Source of the DNA: an uncultured virus (IMG/VR IMGVR_UViG_3300002498_000029)
Lineage: Duplodnaviria; Heunggongvirae; Uroviricota; Caudoviricetes
Virus record (IMG/VR): IMGVR_UViG_3300002498_000029
Reading direction: 5' to 3' (one strand)
Length of the DNA stretch: 64,000 nucleotides
Shown: positions 1 to 9,472 of the stretch, in pieces
Numbering within the stretch: position 1 is the stretch's first letter
How the letters are laid out: the number at the start of each line of letters is the position of its first letter
Notes under the pieces: model-generated
Seen by the model: only the letters and a program-made list of their open reading frames with translations
Told to the model about the DNA's origin: nothing
Databases searched by the model: none
Position numbers and translations under genes: made by a program

Positions 1-2
1 AA

Positions 3-254
3 TTATATGGTATATAGTTATATGAAAATCAATTACAGTTTACAGTAAATAACTTATTATTGTATAGATAGTTGGTTGGTTAGCCATGATTGAAATTATG
101 CTGTATAGTAGATAATTTATCTTATATAGCATGCTGTATTATAAATAGTAAAGAATAGTATTAGTAGATTTTACGTGATTAGTCTATGATATATTCTATA
201 AATTTTTATTCAATAAATTTAAATAATGTTAAACATAAATATGTAATTTAGTAA
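3..254 (+). CDS. 3' part of a recoded hypothetical protein (runs off the window start)
   Basis: Frame 3 is open to TAA at 252-254 when TAG=E and TGA=W (LYGIELYENQ...SKEEYEEILRDES...). Confidence 0.6.
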
Positions 255-265
255 AAGGTTATAAA

Positions 266-1612
266 ATGATAATTTCTCGATTTGCACCTTCACCAACGGG
301 AACATCTGGTATGCATATAGGTAATTTAAGAACAGCATTATATAGCTACTTATATGCAAAGCAAAATAATGGTAAATTTATTCTTAGAATAGAAGATACA
401 GATAAGGAGCGATCAAATGATTTAGCTCTTAATGATATTCATAATATATTAAATATGTTTAACATTATTCCAGATGAAGAGTATATACAGTCTAAAAGAT
501 TATCAATCTATAGATATTATGCTCATAAACTTATTGCGATGGGATATGCATATGCTTGTACTTGTACTGATAATGAAGAATATAAAGATTGTAAATGTCG
601 ATTAAAACCAGATATTGATCCCATTACAAATTGTTGTATTAGATTAAGTATTCCTTGGTATAAGAGTAAACAAAATTTTGAATATGATATTGTATTGGAT
701 ACGGTGTCATGTTATGATCAAATTAGAAAAGATAAAATAAATATAAAGTATGAAGAGTTATATGACATAGTATTACTAAAGTCTGATGGATACCCAACCT
801 ATCATCTTGCATCTGTAGTTGATGATCATTTAATGAATATTACAGATATTTTTCGTGGTGATGAATGGCTCTCATCGTTTCCATATCATATAATATTATA
901 TAATGCATTTAAATGGAATATACCAAAATTTTATCATTTACCGCTTATTACTAATGATTGTGGTGAAAAGCTGTCTAAACGAGATGGAGATTTTTCAGTA
1001 AAGGCATTATTATCAAAAGGAATATTACCTTCAGCTATTTTAAATTATATTGCATTATTAGGGTGGCATCCTTCTGGTAATGATGAAATATTTAATATGG
1101 ATAAACTATTAAAGGACTTTAGTGTTGAAAGATTATCTAAAAGTTCTGCATGTTATGATGAGAAAAAATTAAATAAGTTTAATCTAATACATAGTAGAAC
1201 AGATATTGGTAAAAAAGAGTTTAAATTAATGCTAAATAATAAGGATGATATTTTATTAGAGAGATTGTATATTATATTTAAAGACGGAATAAACATTAAT
1301 GAATTGATTTCAAATATCAATAATAGTTCTAGTGTTATAGATTGGACACCAAGATTAAATGAATTTTTTAAAAGTTTAAGTAACTTGATTTATCGTCTAC
1401 CATATGTTAATCATGCTGCTGAATTAATTACTGATAGTGACATTGATAAGATACTTAGTGAACTTGAGATTGCAGGATATAGTAGGAAAGAGATTAATGA
1501 GTGGATTAGACTTGCACTAACAGGATCGGTGATAGGTTTGCCAGCTAGGACACTATTAGGTATACTTTATACAGTTACATTAACATTTAAAATACGTCAT
1601 TATATTTTATAA
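266..1612 (+). CDS. gltX: Glutamyl-tRNA synthetase (class I), TAG/TGA-free
   Basis: RFAPSPTG..HIGN, LRIEDTD, DGYPTYHLASVVDDH, RGDEW and KLSKR motifs; ends TAA. Confidence 0.93.
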   Translation: MIISRFAPSPTGTSGMHIGNLRTALYSYLYAKQNNGKFILRIEDTDKERSNDLALNDIHNILNMFNIIPDEEYIQSKRLSIYRYYAHKLIAMGYAYACTCTDNEEYKDCKCRLKPDIDPITNCCIRLSIPWYKSKQNFEYDIVLDTVSCYDQIRKDKINIKYEELYDIVLLKSDGYPTYHLASVVDDHLMNITDIFRGDEWLSSFPYHIILYNAFKWNIPKFYHLPLITNDCGEKLSKRDGDFSVKALLSKGILPSAILNYIALLGWHPSGNDEIFNMDKLLKDFSVERLSKSSACYDEKKLNKFNLIHSRTDIGKKEFKLMLNNKDDILLERLYIIFKDGININELISNINNSSSVIDWTPRLNEFFKSLSNLIYRLPYVNHAAELITDSDIDKILSELEIAGYSRKEINEWIRLALTGSVIGLPARTLLGILYTVTLTFKIRHYIL

Positions 1613-1622
1613 AGAGGTTAAA

Positions 1623-1964
1623 ATGGGATAGTACACACAAATAATATAGTTCTTAAAATTACACTTAGATTTAAATAATTAGGACATTAAATGGAATTTA
1701 AGATAGTTATAGCAATTAGATAAACCTAACTTATATGAAGAATAGTTATAGGATAAAATATAGTAGTTATAGGATAAAATATAGTAGTTATAGGATAAAA
1801 TATAGTAGTTATAGGAAGAAAAATAGGGTTTATAGGAATAGAAGGATGAGCTATAGGATAAAATATATGACTTATAGAAATAGGTAAGAATACTAAAGGA
1901 AGAAAAATATAAACTACAGGAACAGCTGATATAGTTAAAAGATTATTTATCTTAGTGTATTTAA
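1623..1964 (+). CDS. Acidic coiled-coil protein (recoded)
   Basis: With TAG=E it reads ...EELEDKIEELEDKIEELEDKIEELEEEKEGLEEEKDELEDKIYDLEKE..., a clean heptad pattern; GAGG RBS upstream; ends TAA. Confidence 0.8.
1743..1805 (+). repeat. 21-bp tandem repeat x3 (tagttataggataaaatatag), in-frame coding heptad ELEDKIE
   Basis: Direct inspection of 1743-1763, 1764-1784 and 1785-1805. Confidence 0.9.
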
Positions 1965-1971
1965 AACTAAT

Positions 1972-2001
1972 TGTGATATTACTCTACGGTTATAATATAA
2001 T
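1972..2001 (+). promoter_or_regulatory. Phage promoter TGTGATA-N17-TATAAT
   Basis: One of 11 copies with identical spacing, upstream of a gene start. Confidence 0.75.
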
Positions 2002-2029
2002 AAATGTATTAAACTTAAGGAGATCTACA

Positions 2030-2173
2030 ATGATAACTTTAAATAATAACCAAGTGATAAGATTAAGTAAGATAATTAGTGATAACATTGCTAAGTATAT
2101 TGTATTTACTAATAATAAGTTTTATGGTGCTCATTGTTCAATCGGTAGTGATATTATATCTCCTAAATTATAA
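2030..2173 (+). CDS. Small hypothetical protein, possibly truncated by the adjacent mobile element
   Basis: AAGGAG RBS before ATG 2030, directly after the promoter; the track's GTG start at 1955 lies upstream of the promoter. Confidence 0.45.
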   Translation: MITLNNNQVIRLSKIISDNIAKYIVFTNNKFYGAHCSIGSDIISPKL

Positions 2174-2328
2174 TATTTATTAATTATTATTAAAATTCTT
2201 TATTAAATATCATAACATACATTTTTATTTTGTTTTAATTTATTTTTAACTACTTAAAAATATTTTTGATTTTTCTTTTTTCCTTGATATATATTATTAT
2301 AAAACATATTAAAGGAAGAAAAAACATA

Positions 2329-2523
2329 ATGAAATTTTACAAAATTGCATAGGTTGTTCAAATAACAAACTTATCACACTATCATCTTAAGAAATGAGCC
2401 AAGGAAGGATTCATATAGGAAACTATATTACCTTCAGGTTGAAGACTTTATTCTTAGGAACAACTTCAAAAAATTATTTAGTTTGCAAGTGGTAATGGTA
2501 AAAACATTAAAAGTTAGACTTAA
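2329..2523 (+). CDS. MerR-type HTH protein resembling the IS607 TnpA N-terminal domain only
   Basis: MKFYKIAEVVQITNLSHYHLKKWAKEGFIEETILPSGWRLYSEEQLQKI (TAG=E, TGA=W). Confidence 0.75.
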
Positions 2524-3784
2524 TTTAACTAAAGAATAGTTAATAGTATTATCTACACTAAGCAATTAGTGTAGATACACTTACAACAAATTAATAGATT
2601 ATATGAATAACTGTAGGTAGAACCATGTAAACATAGACTTTAAATAGTTGAATAATATTTCAAGAGACTTTAGAAATGAAAATAACTTAACCGTAAATTC
2701 AAAATGTATTCAAAATATGACAAGAGATTTAATTGGATCTATCAAAGCTTTTTGAGTTTTAATTAAAAAAGATAAGACACATCATCTACCACATAAATTT
2801 AAATCTTATAAACAATTTCAATCTCTTATTTATGATTGAAATAACGGTAGTGGTGGATTTAAAGTCTTTGATAACAATGTTATACTTAATGTATTTCATT
2901 AGAAAGAGTATAAAAAAACATTAATGTTAAACTGTTATAACTTATTATAGAAATTTAATATTACAAATAAAAATATTAAGATGATAATAATCAAGAGATA
3001 GAATGAATAGTATTTCTTAAATATTATCTATGATTCTGAAAATGTTAACAATAATTTAAATTATAATTAGTTTATATCAATAGATCCTGGGTTTACTAAT
3101 ATTGCAACTATTTTTAGTTCTATTGAAGAATAGTTACCAAGGATAATTAAAAACAAAAAATTTAAAAGACACTGTAAAAGATTAGAAATACTTCAAAGTA
3201 AAAGAGATAAGTGTAAAAGGTTTAGTAAGAGACATAAAAAATTATCATTATCTTTTGCTAAGAAAACTAAGAAACTGACTAACAAGAAAAAAGACTTTCA
3301 CCACAAAGTATCTAGAAAAATAGTCAACTATTGTATTGATAATAAAATAGGTAATATTTATTTCGAAGACACTGGTGTGAGGAAAATAATTACAAAAGAA
3401 AACAAAAAAATCAACGGTAAATCTAAAACTTCCGGAATGGCAAGGTTTAGTGGATTTATGAAGTATAAATCTGAAGAATCTGGAATTAAATTTTATTTAG
3501 TTCCAGCATATAATACATCTCAAATAAACTGTTTGACTGGTAATAAGTTTGACACAAAAGTATAGCTATCAATAAGATAGATTAAGCTTTGTTACAATAT
3601 AGTAATAGATAGAGATGTAAATGCTGCTATAAACATAGCAAAAAGAGTTAGGGGTGAATGGTTCACCCAAAATGGAAATTGACTTCTTAGAAGTTTAAGT
3701 TCTAATGAAATGTATTTAAATAATCATGATAAGTGATTGCTTAAATATGAACAATCATTATTAAAATTTTAGAACGTAGTTTAA
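2495..3784 (+). CDS. tnpB: TnpB RNA-guided endonuclease (recoded)
   Basis: MVKTLKVRLNLTKEE N-terminus; RuvC motifs FISIDPG, IYFED, AYNTSQ, DRDVNAAINI; track ORF 3377-3565 is a fragment of it. Confidence 0.85.
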
Positions 3785-3928
3785 CGAATTTTAATAAAGG
3801 AGTATACCATGTATAATTTATCTAACATTTCAAATAGAAAAGTCTTTAATGTTTTAAAAGATTTTGATAAGTTAGAGTTTATAAAAGCTGACACAAATGA
3901 AATAATAAGGTTTAGAATAGGTAAATAA

Positions 3929-5215
3929 ATGAAAATAGCCGTAGTTGGGTATGGTGCATCTACTATAGGGTTTTTATATAGACTATTAAGTATTAGTATG
4001 TTAAGTATATAGTAGAAATCTACAGTCTAGATAGATATATTTGATCAAAATTCTATCTAGACTGCAGGTGGGTTAGGTGGGTTAGCTTATGATGGTAAGC
4101 TTGTGGTTGGTGAATATGCTGGAAGTGATTAGCTTATTAGTATATAGTTACAATAGAAGCTCTTATAGTTTATTATAAAACATAGTAATCTACCAGTATA
4201 GCCTAAGACTAAATAGTAGTCTGAAGTATTTTAGACATTATTTAAAGAGTTTTATAATAACAAGTTATATTTAGTTCCACAACATACAACTCACTTGGGT
4301 ACAGATCAATTAAGATATACTAATGATAAAATTCTTAATTTATTTACAAATATAATAAAAGATAATAATTTAAATATAACATTTACATTTAATAAAAAAA
4401 TAACTACTGATTAGATTAAAACATTATAGTAGAATTATGATAAAGTGATATTTGCGGTTGGTAGATATGGAACTTCACTACTAAATAGTTTTAAGACTCA
4501 ACCGTAGTACGTGTTAACAAACAATAAAGTTGATATTGGAATTAGATTTTAGTTACCATCAAACCTATAGAATATAGATATGCTAAACTAGTAGCTCTAT
4601 GAATGGAAGGTTAAATATAAAACTGATAATAATATGTTTGTAAGAACTTTTTGCCACAATCCAAATGGATTTGTAGTAGTATAGAATGTAGATGTATTAA
4701 ATGATAAAATAGCTATTGTAAATGGTCATGCAAAAAGTAATATAAAGTCTAAGAATACTAATTTTGCAATACTAGTAACACAATAGTTTACAGAGCCATT
4801 TAATGATAGTGTATTATACGGTAAGATTATATCACAGCAAGCAAATTTATTAGCTGGTTCTAATTAGAAAGTTATATTACAAACATTGGGTGATTTTATA
4901 AAAAAGAAAAGAACTAAAAAGTTATTTAGAGTATTACCTACATTATAGAAATAGAAATATATTTTAGGTGACTTAACTCATGTATTACCAGCTAGAACGT
5001 ATTAGGCAATATTATAGTTTATAAATAAATTAAGTATAATTGTTCCATAGATATCTAATTATGATAATCTTATATACGGGGTATAGACTAAATTTTATGG
5101 AATGAAAATGAAAAATAGTTAGAAATTTTATTGAATCGGTGATTGTAGTGGTAAAAGTAGAAGTATAATTGCTGCAATGGCTACTGGGTATTTATTAGCA
5201 AAATAGTTATTTTAA
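3929..5215 (+). CDS. FAD-dependent oxidoreductase (COG2509-like, recoded)
   Basis: MKIAVVGYG, AGGLGGLAYDGKL, VDIGIRFE, VRTFCHNPNG, NGHA, LIYGVETKFY, WIGDCSG. Confidence 0.85.
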
Positions 5216-5229
5216 TATAAAGGATAGTA

Positions 5230-5595
5230 ATGAAGATATTGATATTAGAGGATGATAATAATAGAATAAATATATTTATAAAAAAATTAAAAGAGCATGA
5301 TTTAGATATAACAGATAATAGTTCAATTGCAATAGAATACTTAACGAATAATAATTATGACTATTTGTTCTTAGATCATGATTTAGGTGGATTACAAAAT
5401 GAATGGAATGAAGAAGATTGTGGAATGTGTGTAGTTGATTATTTGTGTAATTTACCTGATAGTAGTAAACTATTAAATATGTATTGTGTAGTTCATTCAT
5501 TTAATACATACAGAGCTGAAATTATGAATAGTAGATTACAAAAAGCTGGCTATAAATCACAATATTGCCCAGGTGCTTGGGAAAAATTAGAATAA
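5230..5595 (+). CDS. Receiver-like domain protein (cyclic-phosphate processing REC type)
   Basis: MKILILEDD...LFLDHDLG...VVHSFN pattern. Confidence 0.65.
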   Translation: MKILILEDDNNRINIFIKKLKEHDLDITDNSSIAIEYLTNNNYDYLFLDHDLGGLQNEWNEEDCGMCVVDYLCNLPDSSKLLNMYCVVHSFNTYRAEIMNSRLQKAGYKSQYCPGAWEKLE

Positions 5596-5599
5596 TAAG

Positions 5600-5629
5600 T
5601 GTGATAACTTTCATGAGTTATAGTATAAT
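5600..5629 (+). promoter_or_regulatory. Phage promoter TGTGATA-N17-TATAAT
   Basis: Repeated motif, upstream of ligA. Confidence 0.75.
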
Positions 5630-5661
5630 AGAATTATAAATAGAAATTAAGAGGTTGTAGA

Positions 5662-7557
5662 ATGCACACTAAAGATGAAAAGCTTTACCTTAAATATAAA
5701 GAAGCTTATTATAATAGTATTCCACTAGTATCTGATGATGTTTTTGATGCATTAGAAGAAAAGATTAGGAGAGAAAATCCTAATAGTTCAGTATTAAATA
5801 TAGTGGGCTCTACTAGTTCATTTCCTTATCTTATCAAACATGATAAAGAAATGTTATCATTAAATAAGACATATAGTATAGATGAATTATTTAAATGGAT
5901 GGGTACTAATGAAATTTGCTATAGTTATAAATTAGATGGTATGGCGGTTAGTCTTATATATAATAGCACTCAGGGATTAGTATTGGCTAAAACACGTGGT
6001 GATGGTGTTTATGGAAAAAATATTACTGAAAATTTTAAATATATTCATATTCCTAATATAAAGAGTGATATAGAAGTTCGTGGTGAAGTTATTATTACTA
6101 AAAACAATTTTACTAAGCTTATTGATGAATGTAATACTCGTAATTTAGATATACCAACTTCTATGAGAAATGCAGTAGCAGGACTACTTAATCCTAATAA
6201 AAAACATGATATAGATCTTGCTAAATATTTAAATTTTTATGCTTATGATTTAATATGTAGTAATATTATAGTTAGTGAAACAAATATGTTTTATCAATTA
6301 CATGACTTTGGATTTGATAATCCATTTAAAGGTTACCTAAAATCAAATGAAGTAACACTTGAAACAATACGATCTATTATTAAACAATATAAGGAAACAA
6401 AAGATGATGTATATTTTCTTACAGATGGTCTTGTATTTAGTATTGATGCACGAAAGATTCAAGAACAAATGGGATCAACTTCGCATCACCCTAAAGGCAA
6501 AATGGCATTTAAACTTCAAAACGAACAAGGTGTAACTACTGTAAATAGTATTACATATGATGTTGGTAAGAATGGTAAAGTAAGTTTTGTTGCTAATGTT
6601 GAGCCAATTTTACTATCAGGTGCTATTATTAAAAATGTCACACTACATAATGCAAAATATATTATAGATAATGAAATAAATATTGGAAGTAAAATAAATA
6701 TTATTAGGTCTGGTGAGGTTATTCCAAAGTTTTTATCTATTGCTGATAATAGTAATGTTAAAGATTATTATAGTCTACCGACGTTGTGCCCATCTTGTAA
6801 TAGTATGTTAAACTGGTCTTCTACTAATACAGATTTAGTATGTGATAATATTAAATGTAATAGACAAATATTAAAATCTATTATTCATTGGTGTAAAACT
6901 ATTGAAATTGATGGAGTTAGTGAAGGTATTTTATCTTATTTATATGAAATTAAGTTAATTACAAATTATAAAGATATTTATAAATTAACAGAAGTAGATA
7001 TTAGATATTTACCCGGGTTTGGTGAAACTTCTGCATATAATATTATTACTGCAATAGACAATAGAAAAAATATTAACTGTGATAGATTCGTAATTGGATT
7101 AAATATGTCAGGTGTAGGTAAAGGAACAGCTAAGGATATTATGACATATTATAAAACAATTGATAATTTTATAGCCCATTGCAATGATATTGCTGGATTA
7201 TGTAAAATTGATGGTATTGGAGAAACTACAGCTTGGACAATATGTAATAATAGTGATTATATTAGAGAAGAGTACAATGCTTTAATTAAATTAGGAATTA
7301 ATATTATAGATAATTATAATATAGTTAAGAATAAGTCACTATCATTTTGTGTCACCGGAACATTATCAAAGGGTAGAAGTGATATTCATAAAGATATAGA
7401 ACAAGCTGGATATGTTGCGAGTTCTGGTGTTACTAAAGATTTAGATTATTTAGTATGTAATGATGTTAGTTCAAACAGTAGTAAAGTTAAAAATGCATAT
7501 AAACATAATATTAAAATAATAACAGAAAAACAGTTATATGAATTATTAAGGGGGTAA
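5662..7557 (+). CDS. ligA: NAD-dependent DNA ligase, TAG/TGA-free
   Basis: MLSL, KLDG adenylation motif, TRGDG, EVRGE, RSGEVIP, CPSC zinc finger, HhH motifs, C-terminal BRCT. Confidence 0.95.
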   Translation: MHTKDEKLYLKYKEAYYNSIPLVSDDVFDALEEKIRRENPNSSVLNIVGSTSSFPYLIKHDKEMLSLNKTYSIDELFKWMGTNEICYSYKLDGMAVSLIYNSTQGLVLAKTRGDGVYGKNITENFKYIHIPNIKSDIEVRGEVIITKNNFTKLIDECNTRNLDIPTSMRNAVAGLLNPNKKHDIDLAKYLNFYAYDLICSNIIVSETNMFYQLHDFGFDNPFKGYLKSNEVTLETIRSIIKQYKETKDDVYFLTDGLVFSIDARKIQEQMGSTSHHPKGKMAFKLQNEQGVTTVNSITYDVGKNGKVSFVANVEPILLSGAIIKNVTLHNAKYIIDNEINIGSKINIIRSGEVIPKFLSIADNSNVKDYYSLPTLCPSCNSMLNWSSTNTDLVCDNIKCNRQILKSIIHWCKTIEIDGVSEGILSYLYEIKLITNYKDIYKLTEVDIRYLPGFGETSAYNIITAIDNRKNINCDRFVIGLNMSGVGKGTAKDIMTYYKTIDNFIAHCNDIAGLCKIDGIGETTAWTICNNSDYIREEYNALIKLGINIIDNYNIVKNKSLSFCVTGTLSKGRSDIHKDIEQAGYVASSGVTKDLDYLVCNDVSSNSSKVKNAYKHNIKIITEKQLYELLRG

Positions 7558-7559
7558 AG

Positions 7560-8030
7560 TTGTGTATTAAAGAAAAAGAATTAAGTTGTGGTGGATTAAT
7601 TTATAGCACTAATAATGAAATTTTAATTACAAGAAGTACTAACAATAAATATTGGAATATACCTAAAGGTATTATTGAAAAAGATGAAACACCATTACAA
7701 TGTGCTATACGAGAAATTAAAGAAGAAACAAATATAGATGTAAGTAGTTGTTTATGTATAGATATTGGAGAACATGAATATTTATCATATAAAAATTTAC
7801 ACTTATTTATATTTGTATTACATCATATACCAGTTGATATAAAATGCAATTCAATATTTTTAACTAAAAAGGGTATTAGTTTGCCAGAGATATCTGATTT
7901 TAAATGGTGTAGGGTTGATGAAGCTAAATTATTATGGAGTCCTAATTTTATGAATACTATAAATAGTGTTATTAAATACGTAAAAGACTCTAAATTATAT
8001 TATACATATTCAATACTTAATGGAGACTAA
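7560..8030 (+). CDS. Nudix hydrolase
   Basis: Nudix box PKGIIEKDETPLQCAIREIKEETN. Confidence 0.9.
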   Translation: MCIKEKELSCGGLIYSTNNEILITRSTNNKYWNIPKGIIEKDETPLQCAIREIKEETNIDVSSCLCIDIGEHEYLSYKNLHLFIFVLHHIPVDIKCNSIFLTKKGISLPEISDFKWCRVDEAKLLWSPNFMNTINSVIKYVKDSKLYYTYSILNGD

Positions 8031-8031
8031 T

Positions 8032-8931
8032 ATGAAACAAGTAGTAATAATTGATGGTGTAGAATATACTCCAAAAATAAAAGAATCTAGCGTAAGTCAT
8101 GATTATCCGTTACTTACCTATGCTAGTCCTGGTGATTTATGCCTGCGTAGAACGGGTATATATTCTGAATTTCATTCTAAACACAAGTTACATGATAATA
8201 CTATACGATATTATTTGGCTGATTGTCTTGGAAGTACTGATGTTTATGGCAAATGTGAAGATAACTTAATCACGGAAAATGATATTATACATTACGAACC
8301 ACTTGCGCCGAGAGGTACAATGAAGTGGGCTGGTCAAAAAATGTTATTAGGCTATACTGTTACCAAGGATATATATTATATATATTTTATTAAAGATGGA
8401 ATTGTTATGTATAAAACCCTCGAATCTGGTGATACTAGTATAGCTGTAACATCAGATCCATTTAAGTGGACATCAAATGATGAAAATTGGAAAATTTATA
8501 CACCGGCGTTAAAGCCTAATTTTGGTGTTAAGCCTGGTGATTATGTGGAAATATATGGAAATCAATATCTAATCACTGGTAAGCCGTATATTGAGGATAA
8601 CGATTGGTTGTGCAATAATATATTTGGTAACCAGGAAAAATATCATGAGAGTGATATTACTCGTGTATTATCTTCATTTGAAGTTGAAGTTAATTTTGGG
8701 TTTGGTAGATACTTAATATATCAAACACCAGTCGATGAACCTAATTGGGTAAGAATTAGACGTAGACACTATAATGGAAATAGTTTAGATGGCTCTAGAA
8801 TAAATATAACAGAAAATGGTCATATTTATTATGATGTCGGTAGAATATCTATACCACAAATACAAAATACTAACACAGTTAAAATTATACAATCATTACT
8901 TTTAAAACAGCATGGAGAATACAATGAATAA
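8032..8931 (+). CDS. Hypothetical protein, TAG/TGA-free
   Basis: Long ORF; GGAG RBS favours ATG 8032 over 8020. Confidence 0.6.
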   Translation: MKQVVIIDGVEYTPKIKESSVSHDYPLLTYASPGDLCLRRTGIYSEFHSKHKLHDNTIRYYLADCLGSTDVYGKCEDNLITENDIIHYEPLAPRGTMKWAGQKMLLGYTVTKDIYYIYFIKDGIVMYKTLESGDTSIAVTSDPFKWTSNDENWKIYTPALKPNFGVKPGDYVEIYGNQYLITGKPYIEDNDWLCNNIFGNQEKYHESDITRVLSSFEVEVNFGFGRYLIYQTPVDEPNWVRIRRRHYNGNSLDGSRINITENGHIYYDVGRISIPQIQNTNTVKIIQSLLLKQHGEYNE

Positions 8932-9128
8932 ACAAGAATTTGAAAAATAAATGGCAGAATCGTACGGGCGAGGATTCAATGAACTTGAAATAAATGTAAG
9001 AACTATTCTTAGAAATAAATATATTGCTTCACTTGAGTCTGAGATTAGTAGAATTAGTAATCTTTCAATGGAAGAATTTGCACTATTACAACATAACATT
9101 AAATACAATATAAAATAAAGGATACATT

Positions 9129-9401
9129 ATGACAAAATATAACTTTACAGATAAAAACAATGACATCGATGTTAATTATATTGCAGGTGAAGATTAGTCA
9201 ATATATTAGATCTTATCTGAAATTGGGTAGTTAGCAATGAAGTATTGTTATAGATAGGATGATTTTGACAATGATGAATATGCATGTTGTGATTTTATTG
9301 GAATTTTAACTAATTTATAGACCGGTGAATAGGTTAAAGTAAGAATATCTGGATAGATGAATATAGACTTTAATGCTAGTGGATATGTGGTATAGGATTA
9401 A
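9129..9401 (+). CDS. Small acidic hypothetical protein (recoded)
   Basis: AAGGA RBS; open to TAA with TAG=E. Confidence 0.6.
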
Positions 9402-9408
9402 AACTAAT

Positions 9409-9438
9409 TGTGATACTGCCGCGTATTATAAGTATAAT
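9409..9438 (+). promoter_or_regulatory. Phage promoter TGTGATA-N17-TATAAT
   Basis: Repeated motif, upstream of the methyltransferase. Confidence 0.75.
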
Positions 9439-9472
9439 TAAACAATAAAGAACAGCAAAGAGAAGGGTTATA

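Larger units (their letters stand above)
2256..3784 (+). mobile_element. Non-autonomous IS607/IS605-like element: MerR-type HTH ORF plus TnpB (recoded)
   Basis: HTH+TnpB arrangement; the 5' ~75 bp are shared with the element at 52635-54270; exact ends not defined. Confidence 0.65.

Noticed and set aside
1743..1816. CRISPR array at the 21-bp repeats (also 12133-12321)
   Set aside because: The repeats are contiguous without unique spacers and preserve a coding frame.
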